NCBI GenBank assembly: GCA_031254365.1
Contig: JAIRUN010000097.1
Span: forward strand, 1-42,602
Direction of reading: 5' to 3'
Length of the DNA stretch: 42,602 bases
Origin: Treponema sp.
Lineage (GTDB): Bacteria; Spirochaetota; Spirochaetia; Treponematales; Breznakiellaceae
This document shows, piece by piece, positions 37,712 to 42,602 of this stretch. A model generated the notes under the pieces. It ran no database searches and was not told the origin of the DNA. It saw only the letters and a program-made list of their open reading frames with translations. Position 1 is the first letter of the stretch. Each line of letters starts with the position of its first letter. The position numbers and the translations under genes were made by a program.

Positions 37712-37999
37712 CTACACACCCTCAAACATGGCGATCTTCTCGTCCTTGGGTAGGCGCACAATGGCTTTCTTCCATGTTGCCGTATAACCAGGCCGGTGAC
37801 GCAGCCGTTTGGGTTTGCCGCCCACTACCATCACTGTGCAGGAGATGGGATGCACATTGAACAAGCGCCGCACCGCTTCCTTAATCTGAATCTTGTTTGC
37901 CCTTGGATCAACCTTGAACACATATTTCCCCTGCTCGCGCAGCAGGTTTGCCTTTTCGGAAAGTACCGGTTCAATCAGAATATCTTCATATTGAATCAT
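37712..37999 (-). CDS. rplW: 50S ribosomal protein L23
   Basis: PVLSEK, ANKIQIKEAV and WKKAIV motifs. Confidence 0.97.
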   Translation of the reverse strand: MIQYEDILIEPVLSEKANLLREQGKYVFKVDPRANKIQIKEAVRRLFNVHPISCTVMVVGGKPKRLRHRPGYTATWKKAIVRLPKDEKIAMFEGV

Positions 38000-38643
38000 T
38001 CTCCGGCCTCCTCGTTCTTCGGGCCGTAAAAACCATTGAGATTTTTCGCGGCGGTTTCCAGCATCAGCACCTGGCGGCCATAGAACAAATCATGGGCGCG
38101 CAGGCGGTTATAGGAAAGATAACTCAGCCAGGGAATATTCGCGGCAGCCCGCTTGATCATGGGATCATCATCTTTTAAGACAAGCACTGTCCGCAGACCC
38201 GGATTGAAGTTATCAAGCAGTCCCGCAAGGTCTCTGGTTTTTCCGGATTCTATTGAAAAGTCTTCGATTATTTTTAATGTATCGCTCTGGGCTTTCAAAC
38301 TCAAAATGGTTTTGATCGCCTGACGTTTTGCTTTTTTGGGCAAATACCAGGAAAAGTCCCGTGGCTTTGGCCCAAACATCGTACCGCCGCCTACCAGAAC
38401 CGGCGACTTTTTATCGCCCCGGCGGGCGCGACCAGTACCCTTCTGTTTATATGGCTTGGCATTGGACCCGTGAACTTCGCCGCGATCTTTGGTGCTGGCA
38501 TTTCCCTGCCGCTTATTGGCAAGTTCGCTATTGATGGCGTACCAGATCAGATCATCGTTCACCGGTAGGCCAAAGACAGCATCATCCAGTTCAATAGCCC
38601 TGAGTTCCTTGCCGTCCTTTGAATACACTGTACAGTTCATCAT
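37996..38643 (-). CDS. rplD: 50S ribosomal protein L4
   Basis: [14 protein letters not shown] and [11 protein letters not shown] motifs. Confidence 0.97.
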   Translation of the reverse strand: MMNCTVYSKDGKELRAIELDDAVFGLPVNDDLIWYAINSELANKRQGNASTKDRGEVHGSNAKPYKQKGTGRARRGDKKSPVLVGGGTMFGPKPRDFSWYLPKKAKRQAIKTILSLKAQSDTLKIIEDFSIESGKTRDLAGLLDNFNPGLRTVLVLKDDDPMIKRAAANIPWLSYLSYNRLRAHDLFYGRQVLMLETAAKNLNGFYGPKNEEAGE

Positions 38644-38650
38644 TTACCGC

Positions 38651-39271
38651 CTACTTCTTTACCGCGGCCCGGACAAACACAAGGCCCTTGTTAATGCCGG
38701 GAACCGCGCCCCGTACCATAATAAGCTGCTTTTCAGTATCCATTTTCACTACCCGCAGACTCAACACCGTTACTTTTTCCCGGCCCATGCGTCCCGGCAG
38801 TTTCATGTTCTTGAAAGTTTTGTGCGGGTATGTGGACTGTCCCGTAGAACCCGGCTCACGGTGGAATTTGGAACCGTGAGTCGCGCGTCCGCCGCCAAAA
38901 CCATAGCGTCTCACGACACCCTGAAACCCTTTGCCCTTGGAAACACCGGAAACATCCACATAACGGACTCCGTCCAGCACTTCCAGCCCCAGCGCGTCTC
39001 CCACCGCAACTTCTTTTTCAAAGTCCCGCAGCTCCCTGAGCCGCTTTTTGGGGGTAACATTCTCCGGAAACTGGCCCGCATCGGGTTTGCTTATCCGGTT
39101 TTTCTTCGCGTCGTCTATGCCGACAACCACGGCGCTGTAGCCGTCTTTTTCTTTCGTTTTTTGGGCAATGACAATATTGGGATCAACCCGCATCACCGTT
39201 ACCGGTGTCAGGTTACCCGCATCATCAAAGACCTGTGTCATGCCCACTTTTCTGGCTAAAAGCCCTATCAT
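38651..39271 (-). CDS. rplC: 50S ribosomal protein L3
   Basis: [16 protein letters not shown] and GAVPG motifs. Confidence 0.98.
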   Translation of the reverse strand: MIGLLARKVGMTQVFDDAGNLTPVTVMRVDPNIVIAQKTKEKDGYSAVVVGIDDAKKNRISKPDAGQFPENVTPKKRLRELRDFEKEVAVGDALGLEVLDGVRYVDVSGVSKGKGFQGVVRRYGFGGGRATHGSKFHREPGSTGQSTYPHKTFKNMKLPGRMGREKVTVLSLRVVKMDTEKQLIMVRGAVPGINKGLVFVRAAVKK

Positions 39272-39283
39272 CGCTGCACTCCA

Positions 39284-39366
39284 TACCGCACGTTATTCCC
39301 CGAACTGAAGGTTCGTGGTCTTGGAACCGTCTGCGCTTAATATTAAAAACCCAACCGGGGTTTTTA
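39284..39366 (-). ncRNA. Structured rpsJ-rplC intergenic element (two hairpins), candidate cis-regulator
   Basis: TAAAAACCC/GGGTTTTTA hairpin followed by a long imperfect stem with an apical CGAAC/GTTCG, abutting the rplC SD. Confidence 0.4.
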
Positions 39367-39374
39367 GAATTTCC

Positions 39375-39683
39375 CTACTGCTTAATCTCCACATCCACTC
39401 CTGCGGGGAGTTCCAGCTTCATTAAAGAATCCATAACTTCCGCCGAAGGATTGATAATATCGATCAACCGTTTATGCGTCCGCATCTCGAACTGTTCACG
39501 GGCTTTTTTGTTCACATGAGGTGAACGAAGCACCGTTACCTTGTTGATACGGGTTGGCAGCGGAATCGGACCGGTAACTTTCGCGCCGGCCTTCTGCACT
39601 GCCTGAACGATTGACTTCGCACTCTGATCGATCAACTCAACATCGAAACCGCGCAACCGTACGCGAATTCCATCCTTTCCCAT
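39375..39683 (-). CDS. rpsJ: 30S ribosomal protein S10
   Basis: GPIPLPT and [21 protein letters not shown] motifs. ATG 39683 after GGAGG. Confidence 0.98.
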   Translation of the reverse strand: MGKDGIRVRLRGFDVELIDQSAKSIVQAVQKAGAKVTGPIPLPTRINKVTVLRSPHVNKKAREQFEMRTHKRLIDIINPSAEVMDSLMKLELPAGVDVEIKQ

Positions 39684-39702
39684 TATTCCTCCACCGGTCA
39701 TC

Positions 39703-39765
39703 TGACTATCTGACCACTTCGTCAGGAAGCGGCGAAGCCGCCCTTGTGAAGTGGTCGGATGGTCA
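39703..39765. repeat. Long imperfect palindrome between tuf and rpsJ
   Basis: 18-bp arms TGACTATCTGACCACTTC / GAAGTGGTCGGATGGTCA around an inner GCGGC-GAA-GCCGC hairpin. Confidence 0.75.
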
Positions 39766-39774
39766 AAAAATTTC

Positions 39775-40965
<1,191 letters not shown>

Positions 40966-41186
40966 TTCGTGTCCTCCTTGCTTTAGACACACAAAATAGT
41001 TACTTAGAGCGTATCAGGACTACATCCTTAAAACGCCGTAACCCGCACCGCAGGTTTTGTTTATACTGAATAGGGATACCACGGATACGAACAGAAACAG
41101 AAGATGAAGCGAAAAACTTCATTAGTTAACCGTTCGGTTCCACCTATCCCATCTTCCAGCCGATGGTCGGTTTGGCTGCCGACTCA
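40966..41186 (-). ncRNA. Long structured tuf 5' leader (candidate cis-regulatory RNA)
   Basis: Several nested or competing complementary segments, detailed in findings; no tRNA cloverleaf found. Confidence 0.4.
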
Positions 41187-41194
41187 TACAATAT

Positions 41195-41228
41195 CATTAA
41201 TTTTGCGATTTTCGCAAAATAATGTCAA
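41195..41228 (-). promoter_or_regulatory. tuf promoter region: TTGACA overlapped by an AT-rich palindrome
   Basis: Minus strand TTGACA(41228-41223), then ATTTTGCGA-AAA-TCGCAAAAT inverted repeat spanning the spacer/-10. Confidence 0.55.
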
Positions 41229-41230
41229 GC

Positions 41231-41250
41231 CCCCGGAAAAAAATCCGAGG
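41231..41250 (-). terminator. Hairpin immediately after rpsG (possible terminator or processing site)
   Basis: CCTCGGA-TTTTTT-TCCGGGG, with only a weak U-tract on the sense strand. Confidence 0.35.
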
Positions 41251-41255
41251 TTTTT

Positions 41256-41726
41256 CTACCATCTATAATGGGCAAACGCCTTGTTAGCCTCGGCCATTTT
41301 GTGGGTATCTTCCTTCTTTTTGAAGGCAGTACCCGTATTATTATATGCATCCAGCAGTTCCGCGGCAAGGCGGTCGCCCATACCGTGGCCAGAGCGGGCT
41401 CTTGCGGCGTTGATGATCCACCTCATTCCCAGTGCCTCGCGTCTGGCATCCCGAATTTCCACCGGAACCTGATAGGTAGCGCCCCCAACCCGGCGGGATT
41501 TAACCTCAACTTGGGGTTTTACGTTCTCAAGGGCCTTGAGGAATACTTCCAGCGGCTCCTTGTCGGCCTTGTTTTGGAGAATACCCAGCGCCTCATGCAT
41601 AATACGCAGGCCCACGGAACGTTTGCCTTCCCACATCATGCGGTTTACAAATTTGGAAACCACCACACTGTTGTACTTGGGATCAGGGGCAATTCCCCGG
41701 TCTATTGTTTTCTTTTTTCGTCCCAT
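41256..41726 (-). CDS. rpsG: 30S ribosomal protein S7
   Basis: SRRVGGATYQVP and HKMAEANKAFAHYRW motifs. Confidence 0.98.
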   Translation of the reverse strand: MGRKKKTIDRGIAPDPKYNSVVVSKFVNRMMWEGKRSVGLRIMHEALGILQNKADKEPLEVFLKALENVKPQVEVKSRRVGGATYQVPVEIRDARREALGMRWIINAARARSGHGMGDRLAAELLDAYNNTGTAFKKKEDTHKMAEANKAFAHYRW

Positions 41727-41728
41727 GT

Positions 41729-42103
41729 TTATGCCTTTGGACGCTTTGCGCCGTATTTGGAGCGTCCACGCTTGCGATCTGTCACGCCCAGAGTATCCTT
41801 TGCGCCCCGAATAATATGATACCGGACACCAGGAAGGTCCTTGACCCGTCCGCCGCGCACCAAAACCACCGAGTGCTCCTGCAAATTATGCCCGATTCCG
41901 GGAATATAGGCCGTTACTTCGGTTCCGTGAGAAAGCCGCACACGGGCCACTTTCCGCATCGCCGAATTGGGTTTTTTGGGTGTAACAGTCATAACACGGG
42001 TACAAACCCCCCGCTTCTGCGGGCAGGAATGTAAAGCCGGAGACTTGGTCTTATGAGTCACCTGCTGCCGCCCGAAACGAACCAACTGATTAATAGTAGG
42101 CAT
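41729..42103 (-). CDS. rpsL: 30S ribosomal protein S12
   Basis: [15 protein letters not shown] and [12 protein letters not shown] motifs. True start at ATG 42103 after AAGGAG. Confidence 0.98.
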   Translation of the reverse strand: MPTINQLVRFGRQQVTHKTKSPALHSCPQKRGVCTRVMTVTPKKPNSAMRKVARVRLSHGTEVTAYIPGIGHNLQEHSVVLVRGGRVKDLPGVRYHIIRGAKDTLGVTDRKRGRSKYGAKRPKA

Positions 42104-42195
42104 TCGCTCAAAACTCCTTAATTGACCGCCGTCAGCACCCAGCGCGCCAGAGCATAAAATCCCTTCCGCTCTGAAAACAAGAGGAAGTACATCCA

Positions 42196-42224
42196 AAAAT
42201 AGCAAAAAATGAAAAAAGAGTCAA
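42196..42224 (-). promoter_or_regulatory. rpsL operon sigma70 promoter
   Basis: TTGACT-N17-TATTTT with an extended TG and an A/T-tract UP-like region upstream. Confidence 0.65.
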
Positions 42225-42489
42225 GTAGAAAACTGAAAAAAACAAAAATATTTTTCCTGAGATTTGGGCCTCAACAGTACCGTTGCTTTACCGGCGTTTT
42301 GCGGTAGCGCCCTGCTGTCAGCGCTAACTTAAAACTAACCCCTCCCTATCCCGCATTACTGTTTTGCCTACTGCTTCTGTATGCGATGGAGTTTTCCTGC
42401 GCCGGAACGAGCTACTTTTTTCATCTACGCCCCTTGACGGGGCGCTGTTGTTGGTTCTCCCGAATCTTGCTATACTCTCAGACAAGAGC

Positions 42490-42602
42490 ATGAAAAAACA
42501 GCAAGGCATTGTTTTTACAGGCGGCGAGGGGCCGCAGCCGGAATTGATTCGGCGGCTCTGCGAAGGCCCGGCGCAGGGGGCCCTGCTCGCTGCGGCGGAT
42601 TC
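42490..42602 (+). CDS. thiN: Thiamine diphosphokinase, 5' fragment (runs off window)
   Basis: Manual translation MKKQQGIVFTGGEGPQPELIRRLCEGPAQGALLAAADS, matching the N-terminal GG and AADSG motifs. TGcTATACT -10 at 42468-42476. Confidence 0.7.
   Translation, partial: MKKQQGIVFTGGEGPQPELIRRLCEGPAQGALLAAAD

Noticed and set aside
38489-39259. 256-aa ORF antisense to rplC/rplD, and the other plus-strand ORFs across the ribosomal cluster
   Set aside because: Fully overlap unambiguous r-protein genes on the opposite strand; no independent coding evidence.
40966-41255. tRNA gene(s) upstream of tuf
   Set aside because: No cloverleaf with a T-loop GTTCGA and matching acceptor stem on either strand.
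41729-42103. Streptomycin-resistance allele in rpsL
   Set aside because: TPKKPNS and RVKDLPG motifs are wild type.
41729-42205. N-terminally extended S12, and similar track extensions on tuf, rpsJ, rpmC, rplE, rpsZ, rpmD, phoB and cdaA
   Set aside because: Longest-ORF artefacts; SD position or stop/start overlap and family N-termini indicate the downstream ATG.
42255-42330. TPP riboswitch upstream of thiN (CTGAGA present)
   Set aside because: Lacks the ACCTGA and GCGNAGG elements and the P1-P5 architecture; the predicted thiN promoter lies downstream of it.
42324-42509. 61-aa minus-strand ORF
   Set aside because: Overlaps the thiN start and promoter, has no SD and no recognisable features.

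Overview
Chromosomal window from a spirochaete, most consistent with a Treponema-like (Treponemataceae/Breznakiellaceae-type) organism. This is inferred from spirochaetal lipoboxes, the cdaA-cdaR-acpS-DUF2225-truA operon and the ribosomal gene order. The left 25 kb holds a nucleoside/sugar (CUT2) ABC importer with a BMP lipoprotein, an AT-rich two-gene cassette with a degenerate Doc/Fic-like protein, an MFS transporter, accessory lipoproteins, the c-di-AMP operon, phoU-phoB-phoR plus an EEP nuclease behind a four-repeat Pho box, an AT-rich pseudo-HPt/REC plus hybrid histidine kinase pair, a beta-CASP ribonuclease, an M30-like peptidase lipoprotein and a lone argC. The right 17 kb is the str(without fusA)-tuf-S10-spc-alpha ribosomal supercluster on the minus strand, ending in a small basic CxxC..CxxC ORF, followed by the start of a divergent thiamine diphosphokinase. 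I found no tRNA, rRNA, CRISPR array or intact transposase. Best leads: a shared CGTATGGG-N13-ACAGGAGG leader on two unrelated lipoprotein genes, the pseudo-Doc cassette, the zinc-finger ORF after rplQ, a His-to-Glu pseudo-HPt regulator, structured intergenic RNAs around tuf/rpsJ, and repeated leaderless promoter architecture. All calls were made by eye, without database searches.
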